A stretch of 64,000 nt of DNA from Fistulifera solaris (Eukaryota): the NCBI GenBank assembly GCA_030295235.1, contig AP026173.1:124001-188000 (forward strand), given 5' to 3'. Position 1 is the stretch's first letter. Each line of letters begins with the position of its first letter. A model generated the notes under the pieces. The model saw only the letters and a program-made list of their open reading frames with translations, was not told the DNA's origin and ran no database searches. Position numbers and translations under genes: made by a program. This document shows, one piece after another, positions 24,201-37,575 of this stretch.

Positions 24201-25537
24201 CTTTGTGTGGGAAAAGAATGACACGTGATTTCGTTTTATGACAAAGAGAGCCAATCACTCAAAGGTAAATCTTTTTCGTCGTCGGCTCGTCGGAAAAATA
24301 TCAAAAGAGGCTTGTTGTTGTGTGATGGGAGAGTGTCGTGCGCCGAGGATGGACGGACGAACGATGGCAAAGGCCGACGTCTGACTGTCTGTCGAAGACA
24401 ATGTGTCAAACCAAGGTCAAACACACAATATTTTTATTAGAAGTAAACAATCTCTATTGTAATTCAAAATATGCTACATTGTGATTGTCGCTTAATGATT
24501 GAAGAATCGAATATTTTGTTATGGTGTCAATTTAATACGCGAAAGGCAGCTCATGAAGAAGAGCGTCGTTCATTGCGTAAATCGTCAATACAGAATTTCC
24601 GTCTGATTAAAAATAACGATTGTATTTACTATGGTAAAAAGTGTCATGTCACTTATCCACGACTGCACTTCAGTCATGAATTAAATATCTTTCGGAGGAC
24701 ATTGCCGCCTACAATTCGTTCGTCAAGCAAAAATCTTATGCTCCATTTGTCATCGGCGCAATGAAACAGGCTTGAGCAGAGTTTGCATTACACATCATAG
24801 TATTTGTACGTCGAAAACCCTGTGAAACGCTGTCTGCCGAATATACTATGAACCAAAGTGTTGTCCTATTTCGCCTTCAGTCACGAACTAGTATACTTCC
24901 GAGCAACAATGCTGCCTACAATTCGTTTATTTATCAAAAGATGTTCAGCTCCATGTATCGATGTTGCAATAAAGTAGTAGTGAGCAACCTTTCATTACAC
25001 ATTGTTGTAATATATGGCGATGAACCGTGCGACACATTGTCTGCGAAATTTACTATACCCAAAATGATGGTTTAGAGACACCACGATTGGATTTCAGTCA
25101 TGAGTCAAGAATCGCTATTTTTGTCCGAGCCAGAATGTCACTTCAACGCCATTTTCTTTCGCTACTGCCAAAAAGACGTTCTATATTCAAAATATCAGGT
25201 CAATCACTTTCTCGCCTCATAAGGCTCTCTAGCCAACAATCGCATATCCAGCCAGATTATTGCTTCACTTTTAGTATCATCTCAAAGTGTAGATGACTTT
25301 TTCTGCAGTAAGTCATGAACGGTGTCGGTTGCGCGCCCAAATGGCGAAGAAATTTTGCGTTCAAAATGTACTGATTCCTACGTAGGAAAAGTTCGGGCCA
25401 GCATTTTTGCTGCCGACCTGGCCGCTTCTTTCTTGCGTTGCTGCTGAACTCATTGCATTGCTTGTGCTTTCTCTTTCTTTTATTGACGCTTCTTTGTTTC
25501 CTTCCTTTCGTGCTTTCTACAAAACTGGACTATTATC

Positions 25538-26764
25538 ATGACTGCTGTTGCTCAGAACTACGAAACCGCCATGACCGAGACCGAACAAGGTGACATGATG
25601 GAGGTATGTGAAGAACGCTAGTTGTTGCTTGTTGCTCAGCAATGCGTTTTTATTTATTTCTCATCTCACTCCACATTCTTGTGCATGACAGATTGCCGTT
25701 GCCTATCAGACACTCGAAGCCTTGCAAGAACACGGCATTGCGGCCGGTGATATCGCCAAATTGCAAGCGGCCGGGTATCACACCGTCGAAAGTATTGCGC
25801 ACGCGACCGTCCGCAAACTTACCGAAGTCAAGGGAATTTCCGAGGCCAAAGTCATGAAACTCAAGGAATTGACGAAATCAATGGTGCCCATGGACTTTAA
25901 GACGGCCGCGGATGCTTTGGAAGATCGAAAGTACGTTTGAAGCCTGTATTATTTTAGGGATATACGAAGAGCGGGATTGATAGCGGGTTTACTCATTCGG
26001 TCTTGTTTTTATCCTACTTTCTACTTTTTACAACAGGTCTTTAGTGACACTCACCACGGGATCGGTCGAACTCGATAAGCTTTTGGAAGGAGGTATCGAA
26101 ACAGGTTCTATCACGGAAGTCTTTGGAGAGTTCCGTACGGGAAAAGACGCAATTGTGTCACACGCTTTGTATTACTTGTCAAATGGCGATTACCGATGGC
26201 GGAGCCGAAGGCAAGGCAATCTACATTGATACCGAGGGAACCTTTCGTCCAGCGCGTTTGCAAGCCATTGCCGAACGATTCGGTTTGGATCCGGCAGTCG
26301 CTTTGGAGAATGTCGCCTACGCTCGTGCGCACAACTCGGAACATCAGATGGAACTGTTGAAGATGGCTGCGGCTATCATGGCGCAGGATCGCTACGCTCT
26401 GTTGGTCGTCGACAGTGCTACGGCTCTCTATCGTACGGATTATACCGGCCGCGGGGAGCTGAGCGAACGTCAAATGCAAATGGCGCAGTTTCTTCGTCAG
26501 CTCACGCGCTTGGCAGAAGAATTTGGTGTCGCGGTCTTTATCACCAACCAAGTCGTCGCCTCTCCCGATGCCATGTCGTTTGCGAAAGACTCGACCAAGC
26601 CGATTGGTGGGAACATTATGGCGCACGCGAGTACGACGCGTTTGCGTTTGCGCAAAGGTCGGGGTGACAACCGCATTTGCACTGTGTTTGATAGCCCCAC
26701 CTTGCCCGAAGCGGACTGTCAGTTCGCTGTGGGAGCACAGGGTGTCTGCGATGCGACGGATTAA
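25538..26764 (+). CDS. RAD51: DNA recombinase RAD51, 3 exons; frameshift ~26139-26146
   Basis: [30 protein letters not shown] (Walker A), [43 protein letters not shown]. Introns ~25604-25691 and ~25931-26036. Confidence 0.95.
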
Positions 26765-27287
26765 AGCCCGTGCATTCTAGGAAATATTGATGTTGCCTTT
26801 TTTAGCATTCGCTGTGGGGCACTACATGCCTGCGATGCGACAGATTCCAGCTCGATTATTATCTTGGGAGATTGTATCTCGTCTTGTCTGATTTAGTAGC
26901 TTTTCATAACAATATCAATGATTGTTGATTGTTCATCATTATTTGCAAATTGCACGTGTCGTTGACATAGTATTTAGTCGTGAGTATTCAGTCGTTTGTA
27001 ATTGTCGGAAAGGGAAAGAATTCTACAGTTTACAGTATAAACCTATTTAGTAGATTACTTTTTCCTGGAACGTCAACAAGAGAAATAATACGCCCCGGCT
27101 TTTTTTTTATATGACGGTCGCGACGACGACATTTTGCTGGAATGCATGGCTGCTCTGTTGCATGAATACTCTAACGACGATTATTCTGACATTTGTATCA
27201 AAACGTGAGAAGAAAAGCTAAACAGACTAGTTTTAAGAGCCTTACTAGTAGTAGTTCTTCGTTTATGGAAGCAATCAACGACATGAA

Positions 27288-29943
27288 ATGAAGATTCTTT
27301 CGATCCTTGCCGTTGTATTCTTCGCCGTGTCATCTTTCGCGCTGTCATCGGATGACAGCAATTTGTCGACGTACCAATACAGTACTTCCGATGATATGCT
27401 GGGGAGGAAACTTCAAACGGAACCGGACGATACATTTGCCGGCGAAGACATGGTAGTAATGGTATCCTTCGGAGACATTTGTAAGTTCTACGTTACGTTG
27501 TTACTTTGTGTTATTTTCCTATTTTCTGCTGTAATCGCGTCTCACAATATATTCAACAACAGACAAAGTCATTTTATTCATGGCGGTAGCCTGGCTCTTG
27601 GGCTCATTGTCAGCGTTTGCGGGTCTTCCGAGTTTGGTAGGAGAAATTGTGGCGGGTTTCTTGCTTGGGCCTCCTCTCGCAGATTTTGTGCCGTATCCGG
27701 GTGCTCTTGTGTTACTGGGAAATATTGGATTGATCGGTTTGATTTTGGAAAGCGGAATATCGCTCGACTTGCCGCAATTGAAAGAAAACGGTCACCGCGC
27801 GCTCCTCATGGCGACGGCGGGTGCTGTACTTCCTTTGGCGGTTGGTTTCAGTGTGGGTCGCTGGATTGGTCAAGACGTGCCTTCCGCGATTGCGGCGGGA
27901 GCGTGCTTCGCTTCAACGTCGTTGGGCGTTGCGTCGAATGCGCTAAATACAGGAGATGTCATTAATACTCCTCTGGGGCAATTGATTGTGACGAGTAGTG
28001 TCCTCGATGATGTCTATGGTTTGATCATGCTCAGTCTCTTGCAAGTCATTGGCGATCCCGATTCCCAGGCCTTTGACTTTGTGCTCCCTTTCTTATCATC
28101 GTTTGGGTACCTTTTCGTGTTGGGTGGTTTGGGTCTCACCATTTTTCCACGCATCATCGAGGAAAAGATTCTTCCCGTGGCTCCCGAGACGATTCGTGAT
28201 CAAGTTGCCATGGTTCTCCTGCTTCTATTCGTGACGGCGTACATGCTTCTTTTGAACGAATCCAAGGCGAGTTATTTGACGGGAGTATTCTTGGCCGGTT
28301 TAACGTTCTGTAAGATTCGCAGCGTGCATGCGTTCTTTGTCAACTATGCTCGGCCCATTCACGTATGGCTTTTGCGAGTGTTCTTTTCTGCGACGATTGG
28401 CTTTCAAGTCCCGATCACTCGCTTTCAAGATCCTTACGTGCTCAAGTGGGGAACGGCCTTTCGTAAGTGGCTTGTTTTTCTTGTGAACGACATTTCCTGT
28501 TGCTCTCTATCAACTTCTTCCTTACTCACGGTAATGACTTTTCATGCTACTAGTGTTTGCTACTTTTGCAAAAGTCCCCATTGGGCTCATGGTTCCTCGC
28601 AACAAGAAGCGCGAAATCCCGACCGACTTTCCGTACAATCCATATTTCAGAGATGTAATTGTAACATCGCTTTCCATGGCTTGCAGAGGGGAATTCAACG
28701 TGATTGTTGCCGCTTATGCTCTGAGTCAAGGGCTCTTTGTTCCAGATGTGTACTCAGCGGTGATGTTTGCCATCATGTTCGGATGTATCATCGCACCGCT
28801 TGTGCTCACTAGGGTGCTTAAGTACTACAACAAACTCTCGGCGGGATATTTGAAAGGCAAGCATCGCATCGAACGAATTGGCAACACGGATGATGGCTAC
28901 CGTCCTCTCTTTCTGGCGATTCAATCGCGTACACCTGTTCACTGGAATTTACACGAAAGCTTTCAGAATGTGTTGGAAGAAATGGGTTTAGTTATTATCG
29001 ATCATCGGTCGTGGCACACATTGGACCGCACCGAGCAAAGCGCAGTTGACATTACAGAACTGTTCGTACAAGACACAAAAATGAAGGTTCGAATAAAGCA
29101 TTGTTTCGGAAAGTCAGCCGACAGTGACCAACTTGAGAATGGGATGTCAGTGCGGAGCGTCCAGTCAGATGGCGTTGTGGACGAGCTTAAAACGGAAACT
29201 TCTTCTATCGAAGGTCTTGGCGAAGAAAGAGACATTGAGGAGCGCTGTGTGCAAATCAAAGAAGGTAAGCATGATGTTGCCAAAATATTTGCTGTCTCAT
29301 ATTTCTGTCTCGTAACTCATCCTGGCTGTATTTGTCGTGAGCAGCTCTGTCCCAAATTTTCAAAGAATACAGTCCCGACGACTACGCAATTCAAGTCTCT
29401 CAATGGATGGCGTTTGTTGTCGACAGTACAGGTGTCAACTCAGAGAGAAACGTATCAAATCGCGATAGATTTTACTCCTTTCAAGTCAATCACGATTTCG
29501 ACGGAAAGTCAGAGAAGGAGGACGCAGGTGATCTTACAATTGATGCGAAAAATATTCAACTAGATTCCTTGGAAACCTCAAAACGTCCATCGACTCTTCG
29601 TAGAAGCTCAACCGTTGGTAGCACTGGAGCTCAACACGCATTGGAAAACAGACCTGCTCTTACTGCGAACGATTTGTGGGAATTCGATGATGGATGTTTC
29701 AACGCTGCGATGGAAGGCGACTTTCTTGTCCCTGTTTGCGATGGAACAGGTGATCGTAAACTTGTCGAAGGTCTGCGACAATCTATAGGAGGTGATACCC
29801 CGAGACGACATCGGCGATCTGTTACTTTTGATGCGAGTCAGCTTGTTTCGGAAGAAATCGATAGAGAAAAAGAAGTCTTCAATGAACGGCTCCACGGTTA
29901 TGTCCGACAGACTTCACTGCAATCACCTCCACCCGGCGTGTAA
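27288..29943 (+). CDS. Cation/H+ antiporter (CPA2 family), copy A, 4 exons, with cytosolic C-terminal domain
   Basis: LPSLVGEIVAGFLLGP, FASTSLGV, SSVLDDVYGL, GVFLAGL, MACRGEF. Introns ~27481-27561, 28463-28552 and 29264-29344. Confidence 0.88.
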
Positions 29944-30690
29944 TATAGACTACTCCTGTAGCAAATCTAAAGCTTTGTTAGCATAGTAATGTCAATTTGT
30001 TTCCGAGGTTGCTATGTCGAATAGTTCGTTTGTGATTCACAGTATAGTCTAGGTGCTGCCCGACGATAAGTTTCGAAGGAATCTTAATCTCGTTGCTTCC
30101 GCGTAAGCCTTTCTTTCTTGACTCTACTCGTTGAATTATGATGACCGATTCTATATTGTTGTTAAGAGTTGCTTTGCACCTGCAATCATACGGTTTTTAG
30201 CTATCTCATAACGCAGCGTAGCTGTCGCGTCCGACTCGAGTGATTTTCAGTCCCGAGCGGTTGCTGATGTAATGCTAGCGTTGTCACGTCTCGCCCTTCC
30301 TGGTAAATATTAGCCTTTATAGTCGGAGACGTGTAATTAGTTGAACCTGGTAGATGGATCAACAGTTGCTTCATTAAAACACTCGTTATGAAGCATTTCA
30401 AGAGTGTATATAGTCAATGTTCAATGTACAAGAGCTGTATTAAGGTCAAAATTAACATCCGTCATCGTGGTCCGCTGGCTATCGCCTACTCTTTACTATA
30501 AAGGTTAGTGCCGTGTGATCTCATCCGTTATCTTTGCGGTTATACAGAAAAACTCCGCCGATCGAGCGCGAAGTTTTCGAAATTCGAAGTCATCGCACAT
30601 TTTTTACGAGCTCCCCATCATCGCAAAACTTGTCCCTTGTTAGAATCTTGACATGGCAAGAGAAATCATTATATCTTAAACGCCACGCTT

Positions 30691-33474
30691 ATGAAATTTC
30701 TAACTGTATTTTCTCTACTGTTAGTGGCGTCTGGCTCGTCACGGAGCGAGCCGCCGCCGAACGAGAGAACGGAAAATGAGGAACATCACAGAATTCTTTC
30801 GTTCCGTAACTTCTGGACTTCTCGGGAAAAGCTGACGTTTCAGGAAACAATAATCGCCCAATGGGACGGAGAAAGCGGGTCTGCACAGAAGAGAGACTTG
30901 CAAACGGAGCCCGAAACGGAGCGCGATGAAAGCTTCGCCGGCGAAGATATGATTGTGATGGTTTCTTTTGACGAAATTAGTGAGTTAAACTATACACTTC
31001 GGGAGACTCGTTTTGCGTCTACCACTCAATCTTTGTTCACCTGTTACAGACAAAGTCATCATATTTATGGCGGTAGCCTGGCTCTTGGGCTCACTATCGG
31101 CGTTTGCGGGTCTCCCGAGTTTAGTGGGTGAAATTGTGGCGGGTTTCTTGCTTGGGCCTCCTCTCGCAGATTTCGTGCCTTATCCGGGTGCACTCGTGTT
31201 ACTGGGAAACATCGGATTGATCGGCTTACTTCTCGAAAGCGGAATATCGTTAGATTTGCCGCAATTGAAGATTAATGGCCATCGAGCCCTGCTTATGGCG
31301 ACGGCGGGTGCCGTGATACCGTTGGCCGTTGGTTTCAGTGTGGGTCGCTGGATTGGTCAAAACGTGCCCTCGGCGATTGCGGCGGGTGCATGTTTTGCTT
31401 CTACATCCTTGGGAGTGGCGTCGAACGCGTTGAATACGGGAGATGTCATTAACACGCCCCTCGGGCAATTGATTGTGGCGAGCAGTGTGCTAGATGATGT
31501 GTATGGGCTGATTATGTTGAGTCTCCTGCAGGTAATCGGAGACCCAGACTCGCAGGCTTTTGACTATGTGTTGCCGTTCTTGTCTTCCTTTGTGTGTCTT
31601 ATTGGCCTGGGGGCGTTGGGTCTTACGGTGTTCCCCCGCATCATTGAAGAGAAGATTTTACCTTTGGCCCCCGAAGGTGTTCGTGACCAGGTTGCAATGG
31701 TATTGGTACTGATGTTCGTGACGGCTTACATGCTCCTCTTGAACGAGTCCAAGGCAAGTTACCTGACGGGTGTGTTCTTGGCCGGTTTGACGTTCTGTAA
31801 GATTCGCAGCGTACATGCCTTTTTTGTCAAGTACGCCCGGCCTATTCACGTATGGCTTTTACGAGTATTCTTCTCTGCGACGATTGGCTTTCAAGTTCCC
31901 ATTACTCAGTTTCATAAACCCTACGTGCTCAAGTGGGGGTTCGCGTTTCGTAAGTGACATCTTCGCCACTCGGCCAGTCGCCTGTCTGCGGTATTTTCGG
32001 TTGCAGCGTACCTCACCGGTGTCATTCGTTTATTCAACTATCTCAGTGTTCGCCACCTTCGCCAAGGTTCCTATCGGGCTCATGGCACCCCGACATAAAA
32101 GCCGAGAGATTCCAAAAGATTTTCCGTACAATCCTTATTACAGAGATGTGATCGTAACGTCGCTTTCGATGGCTTGCAGAGGGGAATTTAACGTCATTGT
32201 TGCAGCTTATGCGTTGAGTCAAGGCCTGTTTGTTCCGGAGATATATTCGGCGGTGATGTTCGCTATCATGTTTGGATGCATCATAGCACCTCTTGTACTC
32301 ACAAGGGTGCTGAAGTATTACAACAAACTATCGGCGGGATATTTGAAAGGCAAGCACCGCATTGAACGAATTGGCAACACTACCGACGGATACCGACCTC
32401 TCTTTTTGGCGATTCAATCTCGTACTCCTGTTCATTGGAACTTACACGAGAGTTTCCAGGAAACCTTGGAAAATATGGGGCTCGTCATCATAGATCACCG
32501 ATCGTGGCACACACTGGATCGCACCGAACAAAGCGCCGTTGACGTCACAGAGATGTTCGTGCAAGATACAAAGATGAAGGTTCGGATAAAGCACGTCTTT
32601 GGAAAGGGGACCGACAGTGAGCGCCTAGAGAGTGGGACCTCAGTGCGCAGTGTTCAATCAAGCGGCGCTAACCAGACTTCCGTGCGAAGTATCTACTCAA
32701 ATGCTGTTACGCAGACTTCATCTAGCACGGAACTACCCTCTGTTGAAGACCTTTGTGAAGAAAAAGGATATCGAGGCACGTTGTCTTGAGATCAAACGAG
32801 GTAAGGAAGTGATGTCATGATACGGGGTTTCTTGCATTTCCGTTTCTCAAAGCACTCTTGTGTTTTTTTCTGCAGCGCTGTCGCTTATTTTCAAAGATTA
32901 CAATCCCAACGAGTATGCAATCCAAGTTTCGCAATGGATGGCGTTTGTTGTTGACAATACTGCTCCGAACTCAGAGAGAAGTGGTTACGAGGAAGGGATG
33001 AGAAACACTTCTTTCCGTGATCGATTCTATACTTTTCAATTCCATCCTTTTGAGGAAGGTCCAAAATCGGGTGTTGCGGAGGGAGACATTGCGACGGCTG
33101 GTTTCTCGGATATTCCACGTGCTACACAGTCTATGGATAGTGCAGTAGTTCCTTCACACTCCAGCGAGAATAGACCTGCTCTTGCGTCGAGCGATTTGTG
33201 GGAAATCGATGATGGTTGCTTCAACGCCGCAATGGAAGGTGACTATCTCGTCCCTGTTTGCGATGGAACTGGTGATCGTAAACTGGTCGAAGGCCGTAAG
33301 CATCCGGTGGATAATAACGCTGGTAGAACGGATGCGGGACGACATCGACGTGCATCGAGTGTTGAAGCCAATCAACTGGCCGCCGAGGAATTGGAGAGAG
33401 AAAAGGAGGTTTTCAATGAACGCCTGCATGGTTACGTCAGGCAGTCTTCGATCCAGTCGCCTCCGCCGAATTAG
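30691..33474 (+). CDS. Cation/H+ antiporter (CPA2 family), copy B, tandem paralog, 4 exons; frameshift at A-run ~32761-32766
   Basis: Membrane domain nearly identical to copy A with the same intron positions (~30979-31049, 31950-32046, 32801-32875). Confidence 0.88.
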
Positions 33475-34363
33475 GTTTTAGGTTTTTGCTCGTAGCTTTT
33501 GTAATTCATTTCATCTTGTATAGATTAAGGTGTTATTGCGACGTTATTGTTCATGCTCTTTTTCGTATCTGGAACGTCGTTTGTGGACAAGCCGACGAAT
33601 GACGAATTATGGAGAGGACCACTTATTATTCGTGACCCATGAAAGAATTACTCCAGGAGTGGGACCTTCAGCAATGGCTCAACACCTTTAGCTAGGTAGC
33701 ACCGCTCACAACTTACTTCCGTCTTTGTAATGAAAGCAAATCAGCAAACTAAAGAGTCACGGAATAACACTTCCATGATTTGAAAAAATTGTTTGCTTCA
33801 TAATTCATATTCTTGACGATAACGATAGAAAAACATCAAGCATCGAACCATGGTAACTCACGATTCAAGATCCCTAATAATACAATTGAAAATTGAATGC
33901 TCTAAAATCAGCGAGCTCCTTAGCAGTTGTATATTACACCATCACAACGGAACATTATTTATAGCTGGTATAGAAATGCAAAGTCGGAGAAGGGAACAAG
34001 ACGTCGCCGACTTTTGCTGGAACATTGGTCGTCGCCGTCAGCCAAAGAATAATCACCCACTCCTAGCATTTTCCTAGTGCACAGATGATTCATTTTCCTA
34101 TGAAGCAAAGCTTGAATCATCATGAATGAAGGAACGCTTTTTTGGAACGATTGCGTTCAATTGCATTCTTGTCATACATCGACGTGGCAGTGTCTCATGA
34201 AAAGTGAATGACGTGGAGATTATTCGTTTCAGAAATCTCGCATTAAGATCCGTCTTGCTTTTTGTCTTGGTCGAACGTTGTCCAGACTCCGCACGACTCA
34301 AATCTCAAATTTTCTCACTTCTCCGCAATACCTTACGCATAATTATTGATAAGTCCGCCGTTC

Positions 34364-35056
34364 AAAGTTGAAAGTTGGCAGTTGGCAGTTGCCCATTGCC
34401 CATTGCCCATTGCCCATGCCAGATGCCAGTTGTCATTCGGTTTAGACTTTAGACTATTAGACTACTGTACCGCATATCGCATACGAATTACGAATCGTCA
34501 TCGTCAACCGTAAACTGTCAACTGTCGACACTACAGTACATGTCCGTAACTGTCGTTGTCCATGGTCATGGTCCATGGTCCAAGGTCCAAGAATCATGCA
34601 TCATGCGTCATGCGATGCATTGATGTCTACGGAACATGACACATGACACAGAATAAATGACAAGGATGAAGGATGTAAAACTTATCAGGCCCAACTGGGT
34701 AGCAGTAAGCTGATAATATCTAGTGACTAGTGACTTTACATGATATGACGTAGATTCATTCGACATATTTGACATAAAACGGAAGTCTACAGTCTACATC
34801 TTGCGGATGTGCGAAATTCGAGAAATGAAAGTTCGAAGGGGATGACGGAATAGGAAATCCCGTTAACAGCAGGGTCAAGTGCTACTTTTTATTTTTTATT
34901 TCATAAAAATTCTATTGAAAGATTTAAAGGCGGCTGGAGTCTGGAGTCTGGAGTGACAAAATTTGGACCCCAATCCCCAATTCACGAATTCATGCAGAAA
35001 AGCAGAAAGTCCAGAAGGAGGTCCTCGTTCCTCGTCCTCGGTCTTCGGTCCTCGCT
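34364..35056. repeat. Tract of chained, mutually unrelated 7-bp tandem duplications
   Basis: aaagttg x2, gcagttg x2, cccattg x3, tttagac x2, tacgaat x2, aactgtc x2, catggtc x2, atcatgc x2, catgaca x2, aaggatg x2, tagtgac x2, agtctac x2, ctggagt x3. Confidence 0.85.
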
Positions 35057-35335
35057 CATCATACTGAAATGTACTATGCAGTACACAGAACAAAAACATA
35101 AAGTTGTGACTGTGCTCTACTAAAATCTATTGGAATTCATTTTTACGATCAAACCCACACCAGACGAAAGCAACATAGGCCCCCGCCCCTTTTTTTTGCT
35201 CTTGTGTGTGATTATGGTGTGACTCCATGCATTTGATTGATAAAAACAAAACGGCAATCAACAAGAACATCATCAACAACAAGAAAGCAACAACTCACAT
35301 CAACTTCATTAGAATATAACTCATAAAATGCAACC

Positions 35336-36568
35336 ATGGGCTTCGTAACAGTCAAACAAGCTCCTGACCCGAGTCAGTTCGAGAAGAATGAACCGACTTC
35401 GAACTCGCAAACGTCCATGAGCGCCACCATCGAGCTCAGCAAATTGGACTATAAACTCGATGGAAAGACCGCCAAACAACTAGTACGCCACATGGAAAAG
35501 ACCTTGGGAATCCGTCGTAACCAAGATCTTTCGGAAGCATCATCGGCTCGCACACTGAAACGACCCAGCCGTTCGCTGTTCTTGACGCGTCAAGAACTCC
35601 AAGTCGGAAAGCCCATTGCACGGGGAGGCTTTGGTGTGGTCCATCACGTGGAGTCGTCCCAACTTCATCCGGCCCAACAATATGTCATCAAAACCGTCTA
35701 TCCCTGCAAATCGTCGCGCAGCGTTCTCCAAGCCATATCGCAATTGTATAAGGAAGAATATTTTCTGTCCCAGCTCAAACACAAACACATCATCCGTTTG
35801 GAAGGATGTTCGCACGATGGCTTTCACAGTATCTATCATGAGAAACAAATGGATGCCTTCTTCTTGGTGTTGCCGTATCTACCGGAAACACTGACGGAAC
35901 GGATTGCGAAATGGAAGAAACAAAAACAAGATTCACCGAAACGAAGTCCGCTCCGTTTGACATTGAAACGGAGAAGTGAGTTCGAACTGTACCGAGAAAT
36001 GTATGCGGAACAATTGCAAGTGGCCATTGATATTGCTTCGGCGATGGAGTATTTGCACGAGAATCGAATCGTCTTTCGTGACCTCAAACGTAAGTTTCAA
36101 ATGTCGACGTCTCTTTATTTGTTCTTGCCATCATTCTCATTCTTTCTGCCGATTGCAGCGGACAACATTGGTTTCGACCAAACGGGTTGTGTCAAACTGT
36201 ATGACTTTGGATTGGCGGTGCAGTTGGCACCCGACAGTGACTTGGACGATGTTTGCGATCATTTGGTCGGCCGGGTCGGAACACACCGCTACATGGCGGC
36301 CGAAGTTTTGTGTGGACAAAAATACAATGTGAAAGCCGATGTGTTTTCGTTTACCTTGTTGTTGTGGCAAATTTTGACGTTGGAGAAACCCTTTGGTACC
36401 ATGTGCGAAGGTACGGTGTACGGCGATCGTCCCAAAGTTCCCAAAGAGTGGCCCACGGATTTGAAGCGCATTCTCGAGCGCGGCTGGTCGACGGATTTGT
36501 CGGAGCGGCCGCACATGAAAGAAATGGTGTACGCATTGGAGGATTTGAAACGACGGATCTATGAGTAA
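35336..36568 (+). CDS. Ser/Thr protein kinase (TKL-like); intron 36090-36158
   Basis: ARGGFGVV, YVIK, IVFRDLKP-DNIGFD, VKLYDFGLA, GTHRYMAAE, ADVFSF. Confidence 0.9.
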   Translation: MGFVTVKQAPDPSQFEKNEPTSNSQTSMSATIELSKLDYKLDGKTAKQLVRHMEKTLGIRRNQDLSEASSARTLKRPSRSLFLTRQELQVGKPIARGGFGVVHHVESSQLHPAQQYVIKTVYPCKSSRSVLQAISQLYKEEYFLSQLKHKHIIRLEGCSHDGFHSIYHEKQMDAFFLVLPYLPETLTERIAKWKKQKQDSPKRSPLRLTLKRRSEFELYREMYAEQLQVAIDIASAMEYLHENRIVFRDLKRKFQMSTSLYLFLPSFSFFLPIAADNIGFDQTGCVKLYDFGLAVQLAPDSDLDDVCDHLVGRVGTHRYMAAEVLCGQKYNVKADVFSFTLLLWQILTLEKPFGTMCEGTVYGDRPKVPKEWPTDLKRILERGWSTDLSERPHMKEMVYALEDLKRRIYE

Positions 36569-36650
36569 ATGTGACGTGGGGTTGAATCATTGTATAGTCT
36601 ACAGTCGTTTGTAACGCGTTTAGAATTTGTAAAAATGGTTGTTCATCGTT

Positions 36651-37575
36651 TTAGTTTCGATTTCGACGATAGGGCAGTTCCACTTTGTACAGTTCGGGCC
36701 ACCATTTTCCGGTAACCCAATATTGATCTTCGGTACCCGGAACGAGCGCAATGCCGTTCAAGGCGCCCACATTGGAATACTGTTCCGTTAATTTCGTATA
36801 AAGGGGACGAAGATTGTATTGTGCCAAGACACGTCCCGTCTCGGGATCGATGCGGACAATCCGTTTCGTTCCCAACACATTCGCCAGCAGCGTGTCGGAA
36901 AGGGGATCGTATTCCAATTCGTTCAACAAAAGGCACCTGTAGGGGAAACGGAAACAATTGTCCGACACGGACGCGTTTGATTTCTTGCAAAGTAGACTTG
37001 TCCCATATATGCAACACACGAGAACCGTCACTGACAATGAATGTATTCTTTCGTACCGTGATTCCCCATCCTTGATTTCGTTTGGTGGAAAACGAGAAGG
37101 ATGACACTTGTGTCAAGGTATCTCGATCATAAATAAATCCGGTTTTTTCTTTCCACGTCAATTGAATGATGCGTGAATTGTTGTTTTCGTCCGAATACAG
37201 CGCAATCCCTTCTCCAAAGTATTGTTCCGGCAACGTCGTGGATTGTTGGACAATTTGTCCCGTCGTGACATCAATTTTCCGCAGGTTGGATTCCCCGTAC
37301 AAGCCGGTCCCTTCGTATAACGTCAAACCATCGGCAGCCGCCACCAAGCCTTGCGTCCAGGCATTCGGGTCATGTGGTATTGTTTGCAATACAGTAACTT
37401 GATGTCCGAAGCGGAGCAGTGATCGATCTTGTGGCGTTGTTCGAGAAGTCGTTGAGTCATTTTTGGGTGGAATAATGAATCCGCCGACGATGATGTAGAA
37501 TACCAAGATGACGACAGTTGTGGTCAACCAGATGATCTGGATAACGTTACGCGGCGGTTGTTCCTCTTGTTTCAT
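36651..37575 (-). CDS. Glutaminyl-peptide cyclotransferase (plant/bacterial beta-propeller type) with N-terminal TM anchor; frameshift ~36928-36931
   Basis: PHDPNAWTQGL, YEGTGLYGES, FGEGI, QLTWK, QGWG, SDGS, LNELEY, LNGIA, VTGKWWP. Confidence 0.9.
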
